NCBI GenBank assembly: GCA_051362555.1
Contig: CM120646.1
Coordinates: 10,788,001-10,852,000, forward strand
Length of the DNA stretch: 64,000 nucleotides
DNA from: Lingula anatina
Taxonomy: Eukaryota > Animalia > Brachiopoda
Direction of reading: 5' to 3'
Under the pieces are notes generated by a model that ran no database searches, had not been told where the DNA came from, and worked only from the letters and a program-made list of their open reading frames with translations. Below are positions 28,496-40,795 of this stretch, piece after piece (position 1 is the first letter of the stretch; every line of letters starts with the position of its first letter). The position numbers and the translations under genes were made by a program.

Positions 28496-31400
28496 GAACA
28501 ACCGTGTATCACGAAACACGTGCTTGAGATAGACTACCAGCTCTGCGTTGAGATACTGGTGCGAGCTTTAGAAAAAAGAAAATGCAATGATTATTATTTA
28601 TTCAATTGATAGTTAATCTGTTGTTACTATTGCCATTGTTATTTTCTATTTTATTATAAATTTTTGTCCGGTGGAAACATGCTATCTCATTAACAAATTG
28701 TTCCATAATAGGGCCGGTGTTTCTTTTTCAGATGGCCCTCACTCAATTTAAGGTACCCTCCCCTTTACCAAAAAATAAATGAAATACATAAACGTAAGAC
28801 CTCTTTTAAAACACAAAAAGAAAAGTTGTCCATATTTCTCTACGGCCATGGATCTCTATCACCTACCCAAAGTGAAATGATCTTCGAAACTATTGCAAAT
28901 TTTCTACTCGAAAACGTTGTGATCACTCAATATAAGTACTATCTCTTCTCTATTTGACCAATGTTGTATACCTAAACTAGTTACGATCCTTTTCTTCTTC
29001 CTTTTATTTTCTTTCTTTCTGTACTTAATTAGTTCTGGTAACTTTTGTGCTCCATACTGAAATATTTGAAGATATACATTTATTCTGTTGTATAACCGTA
29101 TCCATTTGTTTTATTTATTTACTTATTTAATTTTGTGGAGAGCATTTAATGCTTCCAGCGCCTTGCCTCCATTTCTTTCGAATAAACGTTGTTAAAAAAA
29201 ACAGGGCCGGGGTATATTACCCTTATGACCATAATAAAACAGTATTCTATTCTAGTTGTGCTTACTCTTTGTATACAGTATTTTGAACAACGAATAGAAT
29301 AAACCAGTTAGCATAAAAAAAACGTTACATTTACATGTACAAACCTTTCGGCTCCACAAATCTATAGTAAACAATATATAGTAATTGAGCAAAATACGTC
29401 TGAATGTTTAAACTGCGTTGTGCTGGTAATGATAATGATAATAACCTCATTCATTTGGAATTGAGATATGACCTAGGGATTCGCCGATAGATGTAACTTT
29501 TTGAATTGGATAAAAGTCGCATTTTGTCTTCTCTAACACAATCGATTGATTTTTATTGGGTTCATTCATTCTACCAGTGAAATCTGATTGCTGCCACTGG
29601 TCACTTAATATAATGTTCGATGGCTGATAAACCGTGATTGTTTTGCCGTTATGATTTTAGTTAACCCGCGATCGGAATCCATAATAGTGCCCTATCTCAT
29701 AACAAAGACCAATGCCTAAATCGAGGCCCCTGTACGGAGGGTGGTCAACTATACATTATTATGTAAACCAGGTGAGCACGTCACTTTGCTGAGAGGTATT
29801 CAGATAGGACCAAGGTCAGTTGGAAAAGAAGGAAGCCTCACTGCTACAATTTCCACATGTAGGCCGAAATTCTGACACTGAAATTGCAGTAATCTGTTGT
29901 AAGTACCGTAGAGATAATATAAGATAACACTTTTGATTATGTATGGACGGCATTTTCCCAAAACGGTACATTTTCTATTGAAGTCGTTTTGACCAAGGGG
30001 ACATGTACATGACGTGAACGTCACTTTCTTCTTGAAGTCCAAAATGAGCTTGAAGTAAAATAGCTTATTTTATGTTATTATTTTCTAGAGGGAATTCACT
30101 TGCCAATTAAGAACCAAGAAGATTATTCCAGTTGTCCAGAGACATGCTATTCCATCTTAAACAAAGCAAGACGACAAGGCAGGTGACTGTATACGCAGCT
30201 CTCTATTGGGTGCCTTTTGATTCCTAACCATCGCATTTTTTTCAATAATCAAGTGCCTCCTGTTTTTAGACTAAATTTTTAAAAAAGTAATAATATCACT
30301 GTAAATTAAGTTCGTGGTTGCATAGAATGTGTTGGTTTAATATATTTATTAATATAATATGATTTTTATATATCGTCATGAATTCCGAAATGGATTGCTG
30401 TAATTGTTATATTTTTCTTTATGGAACCCTTAGATACTGTCTTGTGAATGTGAATTTTATTTAATTTAATTTCATTTTCATTTAATTCCAGTGACTCTTA
30501 ACCATACCGTTTATGAAAATGGATTCGCCCCATACAAAGATATCAACTTCGTGTTCGACAGCGCCCGCACCCATGTCAAGATTGCCTCGCTTGCCGGAGT
30601 TTGTCTCATAGTTAATTTGCAGGGTTGACATTTGATTTGGTTTTGATATAATGTTTGTATTGGGTTGTATTATTCTGCACCATCAAATGAAGTGCAGCGT
30701 GTAACGAGCGTTTTATTCGTGGAACTTCTTGTAAAAATTGACTAAATCCAAGCGTCAACCCTGCACGTCACTATTTTATTACTTTAGATATGTTAATAAG
30801 TTTTGTATCACAGCTCTCTATTCGCACACGACGTACTTTTGTAATTTGTTTATATTTTTTGTTTATACTCACCAGTTCTCGAACCTGAAACGACAGTTTC
30901 GGGGTGCTTTTCAAACAGACGTCATTGAAATCATTTTCGTGCTTATGTGATGCATAAAAACGAAAAGTGATAAAAAATATTGTAGAATTATCACTTTGTG
31001 ATGTCCAGGTGGAACACTATGCTGGTACGACTGGTTTTCTGTTTGACTGTAAAATATGTGTGGGCAAATATGTAATAAGACAATTTGTTGTGAACTGGAA
31101 AATGCATGTTTATTCGTATATTTATTTTAATGTAGTTCACTTTTGAAAAGGAAAAATGTCGCACATCCATTACGTAAAATGCATACAGGAATCTTTTATT
31201 GTGGGTGCTTTTGAAGAAGTGAACAGTAATGAAATATTCAATAAACTGTTAATACAAATTATTACATGTAAAAAATAACAGCAGTATGAAATTGTAAAAT
31301 GTGCTCAAGTTATTGCAGAAATGTCCACACGTATTGAAACGGATTTTTCTAAAATTGTGAATATGCGGTTATGACGCATCCTAAGAATGACTGGTTTCCG

Positions 31401-32317
31401 GTGTTTTGATATAGTTTGTCTGATCAGTGACACATCCATAGTTTTATTGCTGGGAAGGGGTAGAAATGTTTGTGTTTTCAGAAAATCAAACCAGGGGTTG
31501 GGGTAGTTTTTTTTTTTTTCAAAATTAATGTTTTTGTTATTACAGAAGGGAAATTGACCTTTCGTCTGCAAAACAAAGAGAAAATGTTTGATGTTCACAA
31601 AAAATGGATTGTAGAAAAAAATTTCCTTTTGGCATCTTTTGTCAATGAAAATGCATGTGTGGGATTGGCATTTATCGCATCCTTGTACAACTAAAAAATT
31701 TGAGAAATTCTTATCAAATTCGTATCGATAACTAGTTGTTGCGTGTTTCTTTTTATGTTGTTCTTGCACCTGGTACTTTCTTAATTCTATTTTTCGGTCG
31801 AGATCAAGGGGTGATTGCGAAGAAAATGGAAGATTAGATGCCAGTCCTGCACCTGCTGCTGGGTTATTTTGGCTGAATGTTTCTTGATCACTGAACACCG
31901 GAGGCCGTTGAGTTTATAATCATTTCCTGAGTAAATGTGCTTAGTTACTTTAAGTAAATTGTTTTTTCCATTACCGTTTCAATTTTCTTTACATATCATT
32001 ATTAAAAATTAATATGACTGGGCTAAGGTTGTAAACTGGCCATGTCTTCATGCTGTTCTTGATTCGCACGACGCTTAAATTTTAGTGCTCACTCAAAATT
32101 GTGCCACCTAAATGCTATTTTAAGGTTTAAAGAGGGGGAAAAATGACACAAAATATGAGATACTTATTCATTCATCTATGAGAAATGCATTCATCAAATT
32201 TACAGAATTGAATAATGTTTGGCTGCTGTTAGGTGTTGTGTGCAATCATCAGCGTGGCGACATAGAGTAAGGTGTGGTGTCGTGAGTGTGTACCCGCGTG
32301 GAAGGGAGTATCGTTTA

Positions 32318-32489
32318 CAGGCCTGTAGCCAGCAATTTCAAAGGAGGAGGGGAGTCTTTTTCTGAAAAAGTGGACCTTTTACCATAAAATCTTCGTGTAC
32401 CTAGATTATATTTTACCCAGAGTGGCCCTTTTCCCAGCAAAAAATTGTGGCTCTTTTGAACCCCCGAACACCCCCTGGCTACGGGCCTG
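32318..32489. mobile_element. MITE with CAGG-starting terminal inverted repeats (hAT-like)
   Basis: CAGGCCTGTAGCCAG at the left and CTGGCTACGGGCCTG at the right (15 bp, 1 mismatch). No clear target-site duplication. Confidence 0.7.
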
Positions 32490-32933
32490 GCATACATGAG
32501 ATCGTATGCATTTTGAATTTTGGATGTCGTTACTAATCTTGAATTTGGATAAAAATGTCCCTCGGTGAAATTGTCGATCAGTCATAAGACAAATACACCA
32601 ATTTCAACTTTGAACGATAGTTGTAAAATATATCACGTCGAATCTTCAACCAAAATGATTTATCTTGAGCGATAATTTTCAAAATGCATAGAACCTCCGA
32701 CACATTTAGTCATGGAAAGTTGTATTTACGCTTGATTTACACCTCGAAATGCGAAGATGGTATGAAAATAGATTTTTAAGTAGAGCCAAAACGTCATGTT
32801 CGTTTTTTGTATACATCTGTATGGTGCAATTGCTATTATTTGTTATAATAAACGTACATATATATAAGTTGTAATAGTAGTTTCAAAATGCGCAAAATGT
32901 CTGTCGTTTATTCCTTATTTTCTTTTCTTCAGC

Positions 32934-33305
32934 TCGACTCGAACCTACGGCCACCAGTTTCTTGGCCTTCTGTTTCTTGGTCTCTCACCTTACCTATTGA
33001 GCCACCGTCTCATCTCCCTTGTCTTTGCAATTGGCATGATCATCTTGTAGTAGTTTAAATTGTTTATTTGGAATTATTTTTGCAAAAGGTAATTTGCTGG
33101 GACCTAGAAGCGCCAGGAATCGAACTGGCGACCTTCTGTTTCCGAGGCAAGCGCGTTACCTACTCCTCTAACTGTTCCCACCCACCCTCCTCGGGTAGAC
33201 TTTCTTCTTATAGTAACCAAAGGAAATTTTTAATAGCACCCCTTGTAATTCCAAAGTGCCCGAGCCAGGAATCGAACCCCAACCCCAGGCTACCACTGAG
33301 CCATG
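32934..33305 (-). mobile_element. Three tRNA-derived (SINE-head or pseudo-tRNA) fragments in tandem
   Basis: Minus-strand B-box-like GGTTCGAGTC (~32934-33007), AGTTCGATTCC within a GCCAG/CTGGC T-stem (~33108-33174) and GGTTCGATTCC (~33256-33305). A-box-like TGGCTCAATAGG and TGGCTCAGTGG occur in the first and third. The acceptor and anticodon stems are broken. Confidence 0.6.
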
Positions 33306-35236
33306 TAGCCGTCAATAAAAACACTAAGACATTTTGAATATTTAATAGGTGTTTTATTAGGAGCAAAACATATTGCCATTTACTCAATTATTTACAAGGC
33401 ATATATCTGTAAAACATCATTGTCTTAAGTCTTTTATTACTACAAGTTTAAAAGGGCTCGAGTATCTGAAAGAATATAATTGATGTCTGCATTTAAATTC
33501 ACTTAAAGGAGTAACACACATAACATTTTTATCCATACGATTTGACAAATAAACTATCTACCGCACTAATTGTCTTATGTTTTATTTATATCACACAAAC
33601 AAAAATTTCAACTGAAAAAAAACCAATGGTGGATGTAATCTCCGCCTTCCCCCCTCCCCCGAGGAGAGAGAGCCATTCTGGACTCACAAGATCAAGTACT
33701 CCAAATACTCCATCTCGCCCCAAAGGTCAACATATGACCCCATTTAAATATCCTTGATCCACCAGTGTTTTTCTCTATATAACAAAAATTGAGACTTTTA
33801 TGAAATAATGTTTAAAATTGAACGCTTTTTTCCCAGTCGGACACGTATCGTTGAGAAGAAAAAACATTTTTTCTTCTTACGTAAAAACGTATAAAGCGTT
33901 TATCCAGCTATTGACAACATTGAAAGAATAATTAACAATAGATTATAAAGGGAATATGAAACTGAAAATATCCCTAACAAAAACTATATAAGAAAACAAA
34001 CAACATGTACACCTATGAAATCTGGATTAAAATCTAAGGGAGAGATCTCGATGTTTCTTACATTTCCTACATCCATTTTCATTGTAAGAACTATACTGAC
34101 AGTCAATGAAAACACATCATTTATTTATCAAATAATATTTTAATTCCTTTGGCACATTAAGAAAATAACAGTTTGTGTGAAATATGACCCATTATTCAGT
34201 CACACAAGGTGAAAAAAGGTCAGAAAAGATCATTAAAATGCAAGGTCACGTAATCAAATCTCTTTGGTCCCGCCCATCCTCTAGCATCCCCAGGGCCCGC
34301 AGTCACTCTTCCAGTGTCAGACGTGGCAACACTGAACTTTTTTGTTATGTGTCATACTGGATTTGGTGACTACCTTAAATAGGCTTAATTAATCACAATA
34401 TACTGAACCTGATTAATTCACACCAATCACGAGACAGGAAAAAACACATGATTTTGTAACAGCTGATCACAAAATAACTGAAGCGGAAATTTTAAACATC
34501 CGAGTGGTCAGCCCACTCTCTTATGACCAAACAAGTGCATTTGTACTCGTTTATATGGTTGGAATCGATTCTCGGCAAAAAAAGTACAAGAGAAAGTTTT
34601 CTGATGCGTTTTCATTGACTGTCAGTATACATTCAGAGATAAATACTAGAAGTTTTTTTCCATCCTATAAATGGTATTTACATATATCAAATCAGATTTT
34701 CAATAAGGGAATTTTCGCAAATGGAAATTAAAAATTGTAAATTCTGCATACTTCACTACTTAAACAAAATAATCGGACTTGGTTTGCGAAATTACATCAC
34801 TTAATCAACAAGACAGTAAATATTCAAATTTTAAGAGATGATATGCCGTCTTTTCTCATCTGAACATTAAAAGAAAGACATGCAATGAGCGTCATTCGTT
34901 ACAATACAGATTTCAGTCCATTTCAAGAATGAAAATGAAGAATATAGTCACGCTGGTAAAAACAGAAATTCAGAATTCGACACCGGCCTTTTAGAACTTA
35001 TCAACGTTTTTGATAATGTGTCCTTTGGTGATTTAGGTGAAATTGCTTATTTATATCACAGAAAAATATTTGGCTTGAAACCGACATAAAAATTGGAATT
35101 TTTGGCGCACTTAATTCGCAATCTAATCTAGAAAGTCACGAACAGTTGTCAGTTGAAGAATACAGCCAATAGTACCATTTCACAAATGACAAGGCGACAA
35201 ACATACCACTACGATAGTATAGAACATATTTCAATG

Positions 35237-35449
35237 CATAGGGGCGGATTATCGAAATAAAGCAAATAATTTTGTAACTAATGACCATGCATTCTGATAT
35301 ATGATCACTTTTAAATATACTACATTTAATTCGCAAGAGACCTCAAATTCGAGATGTTATATCATATAAAACACCCAAAAGACACCTTTTGACAGAGCCT
35401 TTTCAAATCCGTTCCAATCAGCATTTCGGGTTATCGCCTCGCCCCTATG
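35237..35449. mobile_element. Possible degraded MITE
   Basis: Imperfect inverted ends CATAGGGGCGGATTATCGAAAT and ATTTCGGGTTATCGCCTCGCCCCTATG. Confidence 0.35.
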
Positions 35450-36410
35450 TCTTGAAGGGTTCATCTTATAATCAATACAACTTCAATTTAGCTGACACAT
35501 TTAAATGAAATGAATAGTAAATCTTGATTTATGAAATCTTGCCAAAATTCGAAATGGAAATATATTACTATATCCCCTTAATAATTGAATTATGTTCTTT
35601 ACGTCGGAAATGGACGTTTGTTACTCGATCTATATCATATTCTTTAATTCCACTAATAACCGCTCACGAAATATCAACATATCAATAGCGAGACTCTCAC
35701 AAGACATTTCACAGCATTTTCCCCTACTTGGCCATTTCTCACGGTAAACTTCGACTGCCACTACTACTTCTACCGATGAAGTTCAAAATATTAAACATGA
35801 AGTGCAACTGCATTTTTCTTTTTTATGAGACGCGATGAGATGAAGTGAAGGAGGAAATAAATGGTACGTGGGGAAATGTTGGGAAATGACCAAAACCACA
35901 GTTGAGCTAACAGGCTGCAAAATACTTTTCAAAAACAAATCACAATTAACTGATCGCCAAATACCTAACATTGATTTCTTAAAACGTTATATTCATTTGG
36001 CTAAATTACGATATTCGTATACTTAATATCTAAGCCGCCTTCGCTCCACTTCCTGATCACTCAGCACTGAGGCAGTGACGTCTCCTTCCAGGCTGTCCAT
36101 CCCATTACATTCATGGTAGGGGAGGTGGCAGGCTGAAGTGGTCGCCTTTCCTTTTCAACTCTCGCCAATATTTTACGTATGAAACTTCGTTTGTAATTTA
36201 CAACATTAAAAATACAAAGGACGATTTCAAAATATGCCAGAAGAAAATTTTAATCTTTACCTTTAGTTAAAACTTTAGATCCTTACCCACCCCAAATTGA
36301 AACGACATTATGTAGGTCACTGGCTATCTTGATATGACGCAATATGGCACACTCATTTTAATATCTGAGCAGTTTTTGTTATGTTTGACCAACTGTTTGA
36401 CCAACTAGAC

Positions 36411-36585
36411 CATGCCCAGGGGGGTTGGGGGGGGGGGTTGGGGGGGGGTTCTAATGACCCCCCTTTTTGCCGGGAAAATGTTCCCTACGGGTAAAATTTT
36501 ATTTAGGTGCATGATGGTTTCATGGTAAAAGGTCCACTTTTTCAGAAAAAGAACCCCACTTTTGAAATTGCTGTCTACTGGCCTG
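36411..36585. mobile_element. MITE related to the 32318-32489 family, with a G-rich left end
   Basis: The right end CTACTGGCCTG and internal AAAAGGTCCACTTTTTCAGAAAAAGA match the reverse complement of the 32318 element. TAGACCAT occurs at both boundaries. Confidence 0.55.
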
Positions 36586-37312
36586 TAGACCATACTGTTG
36601 AACCAATCTGGAGGAAAATACAATAATGCTGCAGCTCGGCAGCTGGTTTAAGATTTACAATTTTAGGGACATGGGACGGACAACGGATTACATGGATTAA
36701 ATGTTTTTAATTGCACAATAAAATTAAATTTGAGACAATTGAATGCAATTCTCTCATACAATATATATCTTCACATTCTCTCATGAATACATGCGTCTTT
36801 GGCCGTGTGTGCGTGTGTGAGCGTGCGTGCGCGTTCTCTGTTGTAAGCAAATGTACCACGATTTACATCCGATTGGGGATTTGTCATTAATAAAGTAGTA
36901 GACATATGTAAGAATAACATAAAAGCTACAGGTTATCTACATACTATGAATGATGTTCACGATCAGCCACTGATCAGCTATGATCGGTTATTGAAAAAAA
37001 AACCACATAATCTATGGGGGTTCGAAACATTATAAAGGCCTACATTTGGCAAAGCAGCATTTTTCTCATTTCTCCTATTTGAAATATTATCTTGATATAA
37101 TTCTTATTTCAGTATTTTAAGGCTATCGCCCAGACTACAAAGTTCTAATCATGTATCAATTGTATCAGTAACGGCTGTTCATAATAATAATAATAATAAT
37201 AATAACAACAAACGGATCGGAAGAATTAATCCTCGTATGTGTTCCGCTCTTAATTTGAAAGCTGAGAACACATATTTCATTAGACCTATCAATAATTCAA
37301 CATTCAGTCCGC

Positions 37313-37610
37313 ATGAACAGATGGACAATAAGGCTGACAGGATTGAATGTTTTTAATTGCACAATAAAATTTGATGGAGGCACTTCTCTCATACAATGTA
37401 TATCATTATATTCTCTCATGAATACATGCAACCAAGAGATGGACATAGGCAACAAGAGAAGCCTCGTAAGAGATGGATGGATGAATTTGACGAGTACTGG
37501 GAAAAACCAGCTGGAGTGTAAAGTGCAAGACAGAATACGCTGGAAGAAGCATGCTGTGGCCTTTGTCCAACAGTGGAACAATTTAGGCTCTGAATGAGGA
37601 TGATGATGAT
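37313..37610 (+). mobile_element. 3' end of an RTE-clade LINE (interrupted)
   Basis: NRWTIRLT, QPRDGHRQQEKPRKRWMDEF and VQDRIRWKKHAVAFVQQW match the typical RTE ORF C-terminus. The fragment ends in a short (GAT)n tail. Confidence 0.75.
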
Positions 37611-38344
37611 ATAAACACAATGAAAATAAAGGTTTTCAAAGAACAAACTTTCTTTTTCCTTTGCATAATTCACCATCCCACGGAATGTACCTAGGGTGAC
37701 CAAGCGTTAAACCACAGCAGTCTTTAAAAAAAGCAAATCACCACATAACGCCTTATGCTGTTTATTCTAATATATCAGCTACTGAAACGAAACTTCCGTC
37801 TAGGTTACACTAGGCCTACGCATAGGCATACAGTAGGTGCCGGGCAGGGGGCTGAGAGGGGAATCCCACCCCTCAACTATATGTATTTTAACTACCTAAA
37901 GGCGCTCTGGTTAAATTTCAAGAGACTTTTATGTCTAGATAAGCGTGTTATCGCCGCAAAGCACGGCAGTGAAATACGTCGATGTGGGTTATTCATGGAC
38001 CGAACGTCACTTCCGGAAAGTTACGTGAAAAGTTACAAGAGTTTGTAAGTCCACGACTTACAAGAGTTTTGAGAATACCGTGTAAGTCTAAAATACAAAT
38101 TCACGTAAATAGTTACAAATTGTTGAAAGTTACAAAGTTTTGAGAATACGGCCCCTGTCCGCCTCGTTAATTCTATGTTAAATATGCACTAAAATAAGCC
38201 ATTACAGTACTGCGTCTCTTTCCGAGACCCTTCTCAGCCGATATCTAAATAAAGTACATAATGTTTCCTTTAACCCCACCTCCCCAATCGCGTCCCCAAT
38301 TTAGTTTAATTTTCAATCATTTGCCTAGAAGAAACATGTGTCTG

Positions 38345-39244
38345 GGTTATTCTATGCTGACGGCAAAGTTCTCTTTTCAACAAGCCCATTTGGTCTCAAA
38401 TATATAGCCTGGATTGTTAAAAAAAGTGAAATGTAATTGTAAACTATGGAAATTTTTGATAAACATTTTAAAAAAAACCAAGTAGTTATTTTCAACAGCA
38501 AGGGAAAAATTACAGACGCTCAAAACAAACACAAAATTTACGTTAGCGGCAAACTAATTAATATTTCATCTAGCTACAACTACTTAGGAATTCTTTTCTC
38601 TAGAACCAGCAAATTCACAGCAGCTCAAACTAAATTAAAAGAAAAAGCACAAAAATACTTTTTTTGTACTAAAAAGTGACTTCCCTCTAACCAGTCCTGT
38701 TTTAATCATCCCTCAAGGAAAAACTATTCGATACCATGATAATGCAATTGCAACGTACGGATTAGAGATCTGGGGCTATACCGCTCTAACAGACAGGTCT
38801 CCATCGGAAAACCAAACCTCAGATTTTGTAAACATCATTTAGGTTCAACCAAAATCATCAAACCATGCAGAAAGAGGAGAGACTGGAAGAATTCCTGCTC
38901 AGATATAGATTAAAATACAATTAATAAATTTTGGCTTAAAATATTACAATTGGATGATAACCTACGTTAAAACAGCATACCTAGATGAATTTCAATATGA
39001 CAAATTACTCTCAACAAAAAGCTTGTCAAATCTGAAAGATTACCTCTCATGGAGTGAAGGCATCATGAAACTCCTATTCGAAAACGGATTTGGAGATGTA
39101 TGGTTAAAACAGTATCCTTACAAAAACTCCTTAAACACCTTCAAATAACGCATCATCAGCAACTTCATACAAAACTGGCACAGTGAACTAGAGGACAAAT
39201 CTAAATCCGGAGCCTATTGCCAATTCAAAAGTACATTTAAAAAA

Positions 39245-39310
<66 letters not shown>

Positions 39311-39620
39311 ACGTTGTTCACGATGCTAAAAAAGCCCAAGTCGTTTTCGCACCAGTGGACATAAAACTTCACATTGAAACAAGCAGATACACTAACACTC
39401 ATCGTTCCAACAGAATATGCTATTACTGATGTAAAGACAAAATAGAATATGAAAAGCACTTTATCACAACCTGCTTCCTGTACAACGACCTGCAAACCAT
39501 ATCATACCAGGTATTTACAAAACACTACACACAATTTGGCCTCAGATCATTTGATGAAAAGTTTACCATCATTATGAAATCCCAAGAAAAAGACATCGCC
39601 TTTGCATTAGCTCAGTTCCA
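38345..39620 (+). mobile_element. 5'-truncated, frameshifted LINE ORF2 remnant (RT C-terminal half onward; RTE-X-like)
   Basis: Motifs appear in the expected order across frames: LFYADGKVLFS (YADD-derived), QVVIFN, YNYLGILF, KLFDT, TYGLEIWG, RFCKHHLG, RGETGRIP, SWSEGIMKLLFENGFGDVWLKQ, FIQNW, HKLHIET, EYEKHFITTC. Confidence 0.85.
39247..39308. repeat. (AT)31 microsatellite inside the LINE remnant
   Basis: Perfect AT run read directly. Confidence 0.95.
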
Positions 39621-40795
39621 CACCTTGAAAACGGGTAGTGTGGTCCGATCTACCGGTTAATTCAGGATCCTTAGGTGCCGAGTCTGGTAGTTGGGTAGGC
39701 CAGAGTTTATCTCCGCTGCTTTTGCTAGGAGGAATTTAGAAAAACAGTACTGTACCCATCGGCAATGGAGTAGTAGTAATCGTAACTTGGGTTAAACAAC
39801 TGTCTTTAGTAAGTAAGTAGTTTTACACATTGTAACTGGTTAATAGCATACTCATTTAAAATCACATTTATATTATCATTTTCATCAACCCAGGTGGATG
39901 CATACGTTGCAGTGAGTAAACTATGAACTAAACCATGAACTATAATTACATTAAACTTTCATTGTACTAAGATCCTATGCATCGTACCCTAGGTTCTAGA
40001 TTCCGGTATTGCCAGCTCGATCTTGATTTCATATATAACCCATATCAGCAATACCAGTAAAAGAGACTCCATCACAAGGTATATTTAACAAGCTAGCTTT
40101 TGCGTTGCTCTGACACTCAGGGTAATGCATCATAGAAGTTTACAGACATTTAGAAAAATAGTCGCAGTGTAAGAACGTAAGCTATAAATAACAGAGATAC
40201 ATTACTGTTAATTAACCATCTCCTGTCACATACTAATGTCGCCAAATTTCATCTCAATCCACAGACCTAAGGGTAAATATGCCCTCTTGATTTTGATGAG
40301 GTTGTCTCAACCATGATTGTGACGAACTCCACAAATATCACCCAATTGTGTTAGTGAAGACAGAACGTGAGACGGGAAGTGGGAGGGGCACCTCCCGCCA
40401 GTGATGTACGGCAGATAGCTTGAAAGTGCATTTCGATGGTTGTAGTGTCCGAAGGGGAATGTGGAGGGGAGGAGGAGGAGAGGATAACGGGGATGGATGT
40501 ACACTGATGCTCATAAGTTAAGCAACACCCCGATTTTTTCAGATGTTTCTTCTATCATGATCATTATTTCATTTGTTGGTGGGATTATGCATATTTCTTT
40601 CATATTTTATAAATAACTTATTCAAGTTGAATATTTCGGTTAAAGAAATACACCAGACAGCTTATTGTAATAATCAAAATAACTTTATTAACCAAACGGT
40701 ACTAAAATATGCCAAACCATGTGTCAAAAAAGTATGCTCACACAGCAAAAAGTACGTGCTGATTAAAACAGCTTATTAGAGAATAATGAGCATAC

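Noticed and set aside
30738-30950. TDVIEIIFVLM as the missing SLC5A7 'YTDVVQL' exon
   Set aside because: The preceding GGLYSVAY motif is absent and there are no fitting splice sites; likely chance.
33108-33174. Functional tRNA-Pro(CGG)
   Set aside because: Only the T-arm pairs well; the acceptor and anticodon stems are disrupted.
36419-36448. G-quadruplex regulatory element
   Set aside because: The G-runs are part of a MITE end, homopolymer lengths are unreliable, and there is no independent support.
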